Virus record (IMG/VR): IMGVR_UViG_3300014638_000002
Location: 1 to 62,941 of that record
From: a virus
Taxonomy: Duplodnaviria > Caudoviricetes
Length of the DNA stretch: 62,941 nt
Reading direction: 5' to 3' (one strand)
The notes beneath the pieces are model-generated. The model searched no databases. It was not told the DNA's origin and worked only from the letters and a program-made list of their open reading frames with translations. Within the stretch, counting starts at the first letter, position 1, and every line of letters starts with the position of its first letter. This document shows, one piece after another, positions 1-8,595 of the stretch. A program made the position numbers and the translations under genes.

Positions 1-14
1 CCCGGCGGTATGAT

Positions 15-251
15 ATGACAGAAGCAATTCTTCGAAAAATATATGACGTCTTTATGCGGGCAACAGAAGCAGGCACTGTGCCATTTGGTTACTATGGGCC
101 TGAAACTTGTCGGTGGGCAACACATAGCGAAACCCAACGATTTGGTCTTGAAATTGCCCCATTAGTGCATTTTGATGAAGCCGGATCAATTGATTGCTAT
201 TTTACGGAAACCAAGGCAGTTGTTGTAGGGCCAAATGGAAAGGTTCATTAA
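15..251 (+). CDS. hypothetical protein
   Basis: 78-aa ORF whose TAA overlaps the next ATG (TAATG). Confidence 0.5.
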   Translation: MTEAILRKIYDVFMRATEAGTVPFGYYGPETCRWATHSETQRFGLEIAPLVHFDEAGSIDCYFTETKAVVVGPNGKVH

Positions 252-673
252 TGCCACGTATTCATGGTGAAGCATGGCCACAGACGTCGCGATATCGGTC
301 GTGGGCTAAAATGATGGACCGGTGTTATAATCCGCACCATAAATATTATAAAAATTATGGTGGCCGCGGTATAAAAGTTTGTAAGCGATGGCATAAGTTT
401 GAGAATTTCGCCGCCGACATGGGAGAGAAGCCTGGCAAGGATTGGTCGTTAGATCGGATAAATAATGACGGTGATTATGAACCATGTAATTGTCGGTGGG
501 CCACTCGTTTAATGCAGGGGCGCAATACGCGTCGCAATAAATTGACTGAGGCTCTTGCTGCGGAAATACGTCATCGTGTGCTTGCCGGAGAAAACGGTGC
601 GGCTTTAGGTCGTGAATTTGGCGTAGGTACAGACACAGTTTCCCTTATAAAACGAGGGAAACAATGGGCATAG
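251..673 (+). CDS. free-standing HNH homing endonuclease
   Basis: RCYNP..YYKNYGGRGIKVCKRW..F..F..DMG...SLDRINNDGDYEPCNCRWAT..Q.RN motif and a C-terminal HTH-like tail; start reassigned to the coupled ATG at 251. Confidence 0.85.
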   Translation: MPRIHGEAWPQTSRYRSWAKMMDRCYNPHHKYYKNYGGRGIKVCKRWHKFENFAADMGEKPGKDWSLDRINNDGDYEPCNCRWATRLMQGRNTRRNKLTEALAAEIRHRVLAGENGAALGREFGVGTDTVSLIKRGKQWA

Positions 674-2568
674 CGCATCGGTTTCTATATTGCGACCTGG
701 AAAGTTTTTACGATCAGGAATACAGTTTGCGGAAGATGACCCCGGCCGAATATATACTTGATCCGCGCTGGGAAACTCATATGATGGGCGTAGCGTTTGA
801 GGATGGACCGATTGAAATTATAGACGCGCCAGATATACAGGCGTTTTTCAATAATGTCGATCCTGCGCACACCACCATGTTAAATTATAATTCCCTCTTC
901 GATGCATGTGTCATTGCGTGGCGATATGGTTTTGTACCAGTGCGTCTTCTTGATGTTATGGGCGTCGTGCGCGTTTTGCGGGGCCATGTTTTAAAGGGCG
1001 TGTCGTTAGAAACTGTTGCAGAATATTTTCACTTAGCTCCAAAGGGGCATACTATTGTGCAAGTAAAAGGAATGCGACGCGCCTCGATCATGGGCAACCC
1101 TGTGTTGTGGGCACAGTACAAAGATTATTGCCGGCGCGACGTTTATTTGATGCGTTCAATCTTTAACAAGCTGGCGCCTGAAATGCCAAAGAGCCAATGG
1201 AAGGTCATGGATCTGGTATTGCGCGCTGCGGTTGAGCCGCAATATGTGATCGACTATGATATGCTTAAGGCGCACTATGATGATGTGGTCGCCGAGAAGG
1301 AAGAGCTTATGCGTGCGGCCAACACTGATCGCGATAACCTTATGAGTAACGACAAGTTTGCAAAACGGCTAATTGAATTGGGCATTGAACCTGGCATGAA
1401 GCCGTCTCCATCTAATCCAGCGATCGAAACCTATGCGTTTGCCAAGACTGACGAATTCATGTCGGACTTGCAGGAGCATAACGATCCACAAATACAGGCG
1501 CTCGCATCGGCAAGATTGGGAGTGAAGAGCACTCTTGAAGAGAAGCGATCCCAACGCCTGTTAGCTATTGCTAATCTCCAATGGCCTACTACATTGGGCG
1601 CAGAGGTAACGCGCCTCATGCCAATCCCGTTGCGCTACGCCGGCGCCCATACGATGCGCCTAAGCGGAGATTGGAAGATTAATATGCAGAACTTGCCTAC
1701 TGGGAGGGGCGGCAAAAAGACAAAGTTGCGTCTTGCGCTAATGGCCCCGCCCGGGTACAAGGTAGTAGTCGGCGACCTTGGACAGATGCACGCGCGGATA
1801 ACGTCGTGGTTGTCCGGGTCGCCGCTGCTACAGCAATTCCGTGAGAAGAAGGATCCATACAATGCCCAAGCAACGAACATCTTCCAAAGACCGATTAACC
1901 GTAAGTTTCCGTCAGACGAGATCGAGGGGCAAATTGGTAAAGCCGCTGTACTTGGACTTGGTTTTGGTGCTGCCGCTAAAAAATTCTATGGGATGGTTAT
2001 ACGGGCAACACGGGCAGCTGGTGGGGATGTTGAAGCGCTCAAAAAGGTCTGGACCCTCGAGCTCGCAGAAAAAGCAGTACGCGCGTATCGTCGAGCGGAA
2101 AGGCAAACCGTCGACCTCTGGTATAAGCTAGACTTGGTGCTAGAGACATCGTTTTGTGGTAAAGGCAACCCAGTCAGGCTAGGCCCCGTCGAGATCGGTC
2201 ACGGGTACGTGAAGGGCCCCAGTGGTCTGAAGATGCAATATGTGGTGCCGGAAGACTTTGGCGGCCGCGACAAATTCTATCTGTACGCCAAGCGCCACCA
2301 TAAGATATACGGCGCGGCGTTTCTCGAGAACATTGTGCAATTCCTCGAGGTCGAGATCATGCAGGCCGCGGCTACGCGATTAGCCAAACGCGGCATTAGG
2401 TATGCTTCTCAATCCCATGACGAGCTCGCCTACGTGGTGCGCGACGAGGACGTTGACAAGGTGAAGGCAATCGTGGTAGAGGAACTGACTAGGCCGCCAT
2501 CGTGGGCCCCCGATCTTCCGTTAACCGCAAGCGTTAGTCAAGGACAGAGCTACGGAAAGGCGAAATAG
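664..2568 (+). CDS. polA: family A DNA polymerase with N-terminal 3'-5' exonuclease domain
   Basis: Exo I DLES, QNLP, motif A D..Q..AR, motif B GK...LGLG.G, motif C HDEL; several pocket residues are atypical (see findings). Confidence 0.9.
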   Translation: MGIAHRFLYCDLESFYDQEYSLRKMTPAEYILDPRWETHMMGVAFEDGPIEIIDAPDIQAFFNNVDPAHTTMLNYNSLFDACVIAWRYGFVPVRLLDVMGVVRVLRGHVLKGVSLETVAEYFHLAPKGHTIVQVKGMRRASIMGNPVLWAQYKDYCRRDVYLMRSIFNKLAPEMPKSQWKVMDLVLRAAVEPQYVIDYDMLKAHYDDVVAEKEELMRAANTDRDNLMSNDKFAKRLIELGIEPGMKPSPSNPAIETYAFAKTDEFMSDLQEHNDPQIQALASARLGVKSTLEEKRSQRLLAIANLQWPTTLGAEVTRLMPIPLRYAGAHTMRLSGDWKINMQNLPTGRGGKKTKLRLALMAPPGYKVVVGDLGQMHARITSWLSGSPLLQQFREKKDPYNAQATNIFQRPINRKFPSDEIEGQIGKAAVLGLGFGAAAKKFYGMVIRATRAAGGDVEALKKVWTLELAEKAVRAYRRAERQTVDLWYKLDLVLETSFCGKGNPVRLGPVEIGHGYVKGPSGLKMQYVVPEDFGGRDKFYLYAKRHHKIYGAAFLENIVQFLEVEIMQAAATRLAKRGIRYASQSHDELAYVVRDEDVDKVKAIVVEELTRPPSWAPDLPLTASVSQGQSYGKAK

Positions 2569-2811
2569 ATGCCCTACATAAATGAGGAACGCCGTGACGC
2601 CATTAAGTCGTTCAATGATCCGCGAACGGCTGGGGAACTGAATTACGTGCTTACAGGTATCTGCCGCGATTATTGGTACGAACATGGACCCAATTACGCG
2701 ACAATCAACGATATCGTAGGGGCGCTCGAGGGCGCCAAGCTGGAGTTCTACCGTCGCGTAGCGGCGCCGTACGAAGACGAAAAGATCAAGGAGAACGGTG
2801 ATGTCTACTAA
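2569..2811 (+). CDS. conserved phage protein (DUF6899-like)
   Basis: MPYI...GELNY...[29 protein letters not shown] pattern. Confidence 0.7.
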   Translation: MPYINEERRDAIKSFNDPRTAGELNYVLTGICRDYWYEHGPNYATINDIVGALEGAKLEFYRRVAAPYEDEKIKENGDVY

Positions 2812-3001
2812 CACTAATCCGTCAGGCGGTTTGAGTTTCTTCAGTCTCTTGTTTCTGCTCTTTCTCGGGCTCAAGCTGACCGGATACATCGACTGGTCCT
2901 GGTGGTGGGTCACAGCGCCACTATGGGGCGGATATGTCGCAGTATTCAGCATCTTATTTATGGTCTTACTACTCGCCGCGATCGTCCAGGTGAAAAAATG
3001 A
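2801..3001 (+). CDS. small two-TM membrane protein
   Basis: [26 protein letters not shown], a common phage membrane-protein motif. Confidence 0.7.
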   Translation: MSTNTNPSGGLSFFSLLFLLFLGLKLTGYIDWSWWWVTAPLWGGYVAVFSILFMVLLLAAIVQVKK

Positions 3002-3126
3002 TTGATTGGTGGTTCGATTTCCTGGCGCCGCTGTTGGAAGCGGAGCACCGCTGGAACAGGAACACCTGCGATGTAGTGCACGATCTAGACATTGCACTGC
3101 ATGCACTGGAAGAGGCACTACGATGA
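2998..3126 (+). CDS. small hypothetical protein
   Basis: 42-aa ORF with ATGA overlaps at both ends. Confidence 0.5.
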   Translation: MIDWWFDFLAPLLEAEHRWNRNTCDVVHDLDIALHALEEALR

Positions 3127-3458
3127 GAATTTACCTCGCAGGGCCAATGAGAGGTTATCCGCGGAACAACTTTCCGGCTTTCGATGAAGCCGCGGCCCAG
3201 CTGCGGGCCGACGGCCATGAGGTTTTCAATCCGGCGGAACGCGATCGCGAGATATACGGGGACGAAATTGAATTCATGGATGGAGCACAAGCCAAAGCTG
3301 TCGGGTTTAGCATTAATGATGCTCTGAAAGCTGATTTGGTATGGATCTGCGACAATGCCGAGTGCATCGCGCTTCTGCCAAATTGGGAGCACAGTCCTGG
3401 CGCCAAGACCGAATGGGCGTTATCGGTTGTGCTTCGATTGCATTTCTGGTATCTCTAA
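3123..3458 (+). CDS. DUF4406 / nucleoside 2-deoxyribosyltransferase-like protein
   Basis: MRIYLAGPMRGYP..NFPAF..AA..LR..G.EV.NPAE...LLPNWE.S.GA..E. Confidence 0.8.
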   Translation: MRIYLAGPMRGYPRNNFPAFDEAAAQLRADGHEVFNPAERDREIYGDEIEFMDGAQAKAVGFSINDALKADLVWICDNAECIALLPNWEHSPGAKTEWALSVVLRLHFWYL

Positions 3459-3502
3459 TGTGCCTGAACGGTTTCGGCAAACCTCAGAGAAGGATACGAC
3501 CT

Positions 3503-3889
3503 ATGGAGAAAGTTAATATGGTGCAAGCAGCAGCATCCGATCCTCGACGTATCTTGACGTCACTGTTGGACGGTATGACCTCCGCACAACGGAAGGAATA
3601 TCCAATCACCACCGGCTGCCTCGACTATTTTCGCGATGCGTTGCTCCTAGTTTCGCATGTGTCGTACAAGGGCAATCAGAAACATAATCCAGGCGAGCCC
3701 CTCCATTGGGCCCGCGGTAAGAGCTCCGACGAAGAGGACGCTATGGGCCGGCATCTATTGGGCCGATACGATATGGACACGGAGATCGGCCTTGAGGAAG
3801 CGGCGCAGCTGGCGTGGCGCGCGCTGGCTTTCCTGCAGAAGCTGGCCGAGAAGACACGCCACATCAAGCCGCCGGTAGGTTGCAAATGA
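3503..3889 (+). CDS. dATP/dGTP diphosphohydrolase-like protein (DUF5664-type)
   Basis: RK..P..TG.LDYF.DAL..V..VS..GN.KHNPG.PLHWARGKS.D..D...RHL...AWRALA.LQ. Confidence 0.7.
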   Translation: MEKVNMVQAAASDPRRILTSLLDGMTSAQRKEYPITTGCLDYFRDALLLVSHVSYKGNQKHNPGEPLHWARGKSSDEEDAMGRHLLGRYDMDTEIGLEEAAQLAWRALAFLQKLAEKTRHIKPPVGCK

Positions 3890-4551
3890 GTTTTAGTTGG
3901 TCTTTTTCTCAATTACAATCTTCAGAAACATGTCCACGTCGATATAATGAAGTCGACTTACTCAAGAATTATCGGGACGAAGATAGAACCGCCCTTGATT
4001 GGGGTAGCGCCGTACATAAAGCGTTTGCGCGGGCCTTATTAAACGAGGATATACCGTTGCCAGCGGAAATGTCACCGTGGGCCCATTGGGTCGACGAATT
4101 TAAGGAGTCGCCGGGGCAAATTATCGTTGAAGCAAAGTGGGCTCTTGATAGAAATTTTAACAAGTGTGCATGGTCTGCGCCTGTTGCATGGTATCGTGGC
4201 GTTGCTGATGCAACGCGGGTCGATGGGCCGGTAGCGGATGGCGTAGACTGGAAGACCGGCGGCATCAAGGAAGACGAGACGCAGTTGCTGCTGATGGCGC
4301 AGCTGGTTTTCGCCCATTTCCCTGAGGTCAAGCGTTGCCGGCAACGGTTTGTCTGGCTCAAGCACGACTGTGCGACCACGCGCACCTATAATCGATCCGA
4401 CATGGCGCAGCAATGGCTTGGTATCCTGCAGCGTGTGAAAACGCTTGAGGGAATGAAAGAGACTAAAACTTTCCCGCCGCGCCCGTCTGGCTTGTGTCGG
4501 GAATATTGTCCCGTAACGTCGTGCGAGTTTCACGGGAAGAGCTTCCATTAG
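3886..4551 (+). CDS. PD-(D/E)XK (Cas4/RecB-like) exonuclease
   Basis: WSFS.L...ETCPRRY, G..VH, E, D...DWKTG, QL, C-terminal C..YCPV..C; ATGA-coupled start. Confidence 0.85.
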   Translation: MSFSWSFSQLQSSETCPRRYNEVDLLKNYRDEDRTALDWGSAVHKAFARALLNEDIPLPAEMSPWAHWVDEFKESPGQIIVEAKWALDRNFNKCAWSAPVAWYRGVADATRVDGPVADGVDWKTGGIKEDETQLLLMAQLVFAHFPEVKRCRQRFVWLKHDCATTRTYNRSDMAQQWLGILQRVKTLEGMKETKTFPPRPSGLCREYCPVTSCEFHGKSFH

Positions 4552-4705
4552 GTGCGACATCCTGTCGCATGGTAGTTCACATTAGCCTGTGTTACAAACC
4601 ACGCTATGAGCAAACAAGATCGTGCGGCCGCCATCGCGCTGATATTCGCCGGCACCCTTGTGGGCCTGACTGGTCTATCGCATTTCTTCAAAGGAGTGAC
4701 GGCCC

Positions 4706-4993
4706 ATGAACAGCGACCAATTCAAGTCTCAATTAAACACGATGCCCGCTGGGACAAAGATGGTGTATTTCACCGGCTCCCTGATGTTCGCCCGCGAGTT
4801 CAACAAAGAACTCGATCGGCTGGCCAACACCGTGTGGAACCTCGCCGGCATGCAGTTCATTCGGCACGCACATCCCACAGCAAAAGCCGACTGCACCGAT
4901 CAGTGGATGCCCACCGGCGAACGCCGCATTATACTCACGCAGCGAAAGTTAAGCGAGCCGTTTGGGTACGAGTACATCGCTACCAAGGTTTAA
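4706..4993 (+). CDS. hypothetical protein
   Basis: AAGGAG RBS; YFTG.L...R...LTQRK....YEYIA pattern. Confidence 0.6.
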   Translation: MNSDQFKSQLNTMPAGTKMVYFTGSLMFAREFNKELDRLANTVWNLAGMQFIRHAHPTAKADCTDQWMPTGERRIILTQRKLSEPFGYEYIATKV

Positions 4994-5003
4994 AGGCGAA
5001 GAA

Positions 5004-5243
5004 ATGGCGACCAACTCACACTTTTGGAATGAACTACAAAAACAAGAAGCTCGCGCGGCGGACGCACACGACGAACGTGCAAAAGCGAACCCATATTACT
5101 CGGCATATACATGGTGGTTCCAAGACGCTGGCCGCGAGTTCGGCCCATACGAAAGCCAAAGTGAAGCACTCAAAGCATTACTCCAGCACTCGGTTGCGAG
5201 GGAAACATGGCTACACCAGAGGGAAAAGTCAAAGCAAAAGTAA
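5004..5243 (+). CDS. hypothetical protein
   Basis: WWF.D....FGPY.S..EA motif. Confidence 0.55.
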   Translation: MATNSHFWNELQKQEARAADAHDERAKANPYYSAYTWWFQDAGREFGPYESQSEALKALLQHSVARETWLHQREKSKQK

Positions 5244-5497
5244 AAGCCGCACTAAAATCGCTGCCGATGTCGTTCCAACATTGGCCGGTGCAATCAGGGA
5301 TGGGGTCGCCCATACTCGACTGCATCGCCTGCATCAACGGACGGTACATAGCGATCGAGACGAAGGCCGCTGGCAAACATCCAACACCGCGCCAGCACAT
5401 GCTGATCGAACAGATCGAGCAGGCTGGTGGTTTGGCGTACGTAATAGATGGTGACGCTTCAATAGCCGCCATGTTAGAAGATCTCAAATGCCTGTAA
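5207..5497 (+). CDS. VRR-NUC domain nuclease
   Basis: TPEGKVK..VK..L...G.G...LD.I.C..G...AIETKA....PT.RQ...I..AGG. Confidence 0.9.
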   Translation: MATPEGKVKAKVKAALKSLPMSFQHWPVQSGMGSPILDCIACINGRYIAIETKAAGKHPTPRQHMLIEQIEQAGGLAYVIDGDASIAAMLEDLKCL

Positions 5498-7035
5498 TCG
5501 TTTCCAAAACTAACAAGTCGCTGGTGTTGCCTGCGTCTTTGCAAGCGATGTTTCCAGATGCACCTTTACTTGATGCGGCACATATAGTGGTGCCCCATGG
5601 TATGAGGGAAATGCTTTTATGCCGTCATGCCGGTTTCAAGGTGCCAAACCCGATGGAATTGTATTATGCCTATCCGCACCCGCCAGAAGAGCCCCCGTTC
5701 CACGTCCAGCATGTTACCTGTCAACTCCTCTCTGAAAATCCAAGGGCCTATGTCCTTAACGACATGGGGACCGGGAAAACACGAACAGTATACTGGACCT
5801 GGGATTATCTCTATACGGAGAAGCTTGCAGGGAAATTACTCGTTGTATGTAAGCTTTCCAACCTTAGAGATCCATGGGCAGATGAAGCTTTCAAAATTAT
5901 TCCGGGCCGAAAGGTAAATCTCCTGCACGGTAGCCGTAAGGTCCGCTTGCAGCTGCTCGAGGATCCCGCCGACGTCTATGTGATCAACCATGACGGTCTC
6001 AAGGTTATCTACAAGGAGCTCATGGCCCGCAAAGATATCACAGTATTATGCATAGACGAGCTTAGTGCATATCGCAATAATTCTGAACGCACGCGGCTGA
6101 TGAAGCGGTTCGCCAAGAATTTCGACACCGTGTATGGCCTGACCGGTAACCCGCGGCCGAATGCGCCGACCGATATCCACCATCAGGTCAAGATCGTGAC
6201 GCCTGGCCGCGGCGTAAAGACGTTCAAGGCGGCGCAAGAAATGCTGATGACGAAGATCAGCAATTATGTATGGAAGCCAAAGCCGGGCGCCAACGAGGTT
6301 GCCTTCGAATGGATGAAGCCCGCAGTCCGGTTCCCTTTGGATGCAGTAACGGAGTTGCCAGATGCCATCACGCGCCCGATCCACGTCGAGCTCAGTAAGC
6401 AACAGGAGAAGATCTATGACACCGTCAAAAAGGATCTTGTGGCGCAAATCCGTGATAAAAAGATTACTGCGCTTAATGCAGGAGCTGCAATGGGTAAGCT
6501 CTTGCAGATTTCCGGAGGATGGGTCTACACTCATGCCCCCGACTATGTGCGCCTTGATGCGAGCCCTCGAGTGGGAGCTCTCATCGATCTTATTGAGGCT
6601 TCCAGCCACAAAGTAATCGTCTGCATTCCCTACCGGCATATGATCGAGGGCATTAACGGTATCTTCGAACGCCTGAAAGTCGATTTCGACTGGTTCGTAG
6701 CGCATGGCGATACGAAGAACCGGTCGGAACTATTTACTGCGTTTCAGCACACCGACAAATACCATGTTGCGTTGGTGCATCCGGTGGTGGCCTCGCACGG
6801 GTTAAACTTAACGGCAGCCGATACGATTATTTGGTACATTCCCTTGACAAGTTACGATACCTATGAGCAGATGAACGCACGGATCAATCGAACCGGCCAA
6901 AAGCACAAAACGCAGATCTTGGAAATGCGGGCAACGCCAATCGAAGAACGGCTCTACCGTCTCTTGAGGACAAAGGAGACGGGCCAGAACAAGCTGTTGG
7001 AGTTGTTCGAAGAGGACACACGAGGGCTAGTATGA
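5488..7035 (+). CDS. SNF2-like SF2 helicase
   Basis: DMGTGKT, IDE, LTGNP, HGLNLTAA, Q..ARI.R.GQ. Confidence 0.9.
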   Translation: MPVIVSKTNKSLVLPASLQAMFPDAPLLDAAHIVVPHGMREMLLCRHAGFKVPNPMELYYAYPHPPEEPPFHVQHVTCQLLSENPRAYVLNDMGTGKTRTVYWTWDYLYTEKLAGKLLVVCKLSNLRDPWADEAFKIIPGRKVNLLHGSRKVRLQLLEDPADVYVINHDGLKVIYKELMARKDITVLCIDELSAYRNNSERTRLMKRFAKNFDTVYGLTGNPRPNAPTDIHHQVKIVTPGRGVKTFKAAQEMLMTKISNYVWKPKPGANEVAFEWMKPAVRFPLDAVTELPDAITRPIHVELSKQQEKIYDTVKKDLVAQIRDKKITALNAGAAMGKLLQISGGWVYTHAPDYVRLDASPRVGALIDLIEASSHKVIVCIPYRHMIEGINGIFERLKVDFDWFVAHGDTKNRSELFTAFQHTDKYHVALVHPVVASHGLNLTAADTIIWYIPLTSYDTYEQMNARINRTGQKHKTQILEMRATPIEERLYRLLRTKETGQNKLLELFEEDTRGLV

Positions 7036-7457
7036 CCCAGTTCATCAAAGGCGACGTCCAAAAATGGATAGGGCAATATGTGAAGGTGCGCGATCTGAAG
7101 CGCGGGCTCGAGGCGAAGCACAAGGAAGAGCTTAAGACATACACCGATATCCTTAATCAACTTGAGGGCCGTCTTCAGAATTTCTTCAGTGAGACTGGTC
7201 AGGATAGTGCTCCCACAGGTGCCGGCACGGCGTATCTCTCCACGACGTATCGGGCCTCTATCGCCGATAAGGAAGCATTCAAAAAGTTTGTCCTTGATTT
7301 TGCTGAATGGCAAATGCTTGATTGGAAGGCCAACGCAAAGGCTGTGCGATCCTTTGTGAAGGACAAGAAGGCGCCTGTCCCTGGCGTCAACTTGACAGGG
7401 ATAACAAAAGTGCGTATCAATCGGCCTGGAGAGACGGCCGACGAAGATCAGGAGTAA
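7032..7457 (+). CDS. conserved phage replication-module protein
   Basis: Coiled-coil N-terminus, T.AGTAY...D...F..FV...PVPG; position between helicase and SSB-like gene. Confidence 0.6.
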   Translation: MTQFIKGDVQKWIGQYVKVRDLKRGLEAKHKEELKTYTDILNQLEGRLQNFFSETGQDSAPTGAGTAYLSTTYRASIADKEAFKKFVLDFAEWQMLDWKANAKAVRSFVKDKKAPVPGVNLTGITKVRINRPGETADEDQE

Positions 7458-7461
7458 CCCC

Positions 7462-8595
7462 ATGGCCCAGGACATCGTAAATCTCGAAGCGTTTAAGGCC
7501 CAACGTACGGCCGATCCAGATCTGCCGATGGACGAAAGTCTGGCCGGCGGTATTGGTACCAGCTATGGCATCATAGGCTATAAAGGGAAAGTTTGGAGCC
7601 TGCGCTACCGCGGCGACACCTACCTGTTCAAGAACGCCAAGGGCGAGCTCTTGCAGAGCATCAACGTCGTCATGTTGCATGCGGCGCCGGGCAAGTCCAA
7701 GTCTTATTTCCCCAGCTACGACGAAGGCAGTGGCGACCCACCGCTGTGCGCGTCGATCGACGGCATCGTCCCCGACGCCGGCGTGGAGCAGCCGCAGGCT
7801 GAAGCTTGCGCGATCTGTCCACACAATGAATTGAAGACGCTGCCAAACGGGCGCAAGGGCAAGGAGTGTACCGACTACAAACGACTGGCGGTAGCGCTCA
7901 TGCCTAACGTCACAGCGCTGATGTTCGGTGAGCCGTTGCTGGAACCGGTGTTCCTGCGCGTGCCGCCGGCGTCCTTGAATTCCTTGGCCATGCTCGAGCA
8001 GCGCATGGGTCCCAAAGGTCTTGGTTATCACTACTCGGCCTATCTGACACGGATCTCGTTCGTGGCATTAGGCAAGGACGGCAAGCCGATGGCGTACCCG
8101 CAGATGGAGTTCTATGCGGTGCGGCCGCTGACGCCGGAAGAAATGATCCCGATCAAGGACATGCGGAAAGACCCGCAGTGTGTACGGATCACGGGTGAAG
8201 GGGGTGACCAGCGGCTGCTGGCGGGCCCTACGAGCTCGAACGTCAATCTCGGCGCCTTCAGAAGCGAGGCCATAAAGCAGATCGCACCGTCGACACCGAA
8301 CCAGCCCTCCGCGGCTGTGACTGGCCAGCCTACTGCCCCGGTTGCCGTGGCGCCCTCCGAAGACGAGGGGACGGGCTTAGGGTCGGCTCCTGCGAAGCAA
8401 CCGGGTGTGCCGACGGCATCCCCTTCTGAGGATACCGGTTTCGGTAAGCCGCCGTCTTTAGCAGAAACCGGAGGCAAGCCTACGATCGTGGTTTCGGAAG
8501 CACCAACCACGACGGTAGCGGACACCGGCGAACCAGAGGAGAGTGACGCGGAGCTCGACGCTCGTATTGCCGGCATTATCAATAAGGCAAAATAG
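7462..8595 (+). CDS. putative ssDNA-binding/annealing protein
   Basis: P.C.S.DG..P...CA.CP.N...GK.C...RLAV...LRVPP.SL; low-complexity acidic tail; CAGGAG RBS. Confidence 0.55.
   Translation: MAQDIVNLEAFKAQRTADPDLPMDESLAGGIGTSYGIIGYKGKVWSLRYRGDTYLFKNAKGELLQSINVVMLHAAPGKSKSYFPSYDEGSGDPPLCASIDGIVPDAGVEQPQAEACAICPHNELKTLPNGRKGKECTDYKRLAVALMPNVTALMFGEPLLEPVFLRVPPASLNSLAMLEQRMGPKGLGYHYSAYLTRISFVALGKDGKPMAYPQMEFYAVRPLTPEEMIPIKDMRKDPQCVRITGEGGDQRLLAGPTSSNVNLGAFRSEAIKQIAPSTPNQPSAAVTGQPTAPVAVAPSEDEGTGLGSAPAKQPGVPTASPSEDTGFGKPPSLAETGGKPTIVVSEAPTTTVADTGEPEESDAELDARIAGIINKAK

Noticed and set aside
664-3889. 2-aminoadenine (Z) or 7-deazaguanine genome
   Set aside because: No PurZ, DpdA or Que/Fol genes recognised in the window; a dNTPase alone is insufficient
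3886-4551. Cas4 as evidence of a CRISPR system
   Set aside because: Standard phage replication-module exonuclease; no cas1 or array
4606-5454. 282-aa ORF with hydrophobic N-terminus
   Set aside because: Overlaps three better-supported genes including VRR-NUC; its His/Arg-rich composition is typical of an off-frame shadow
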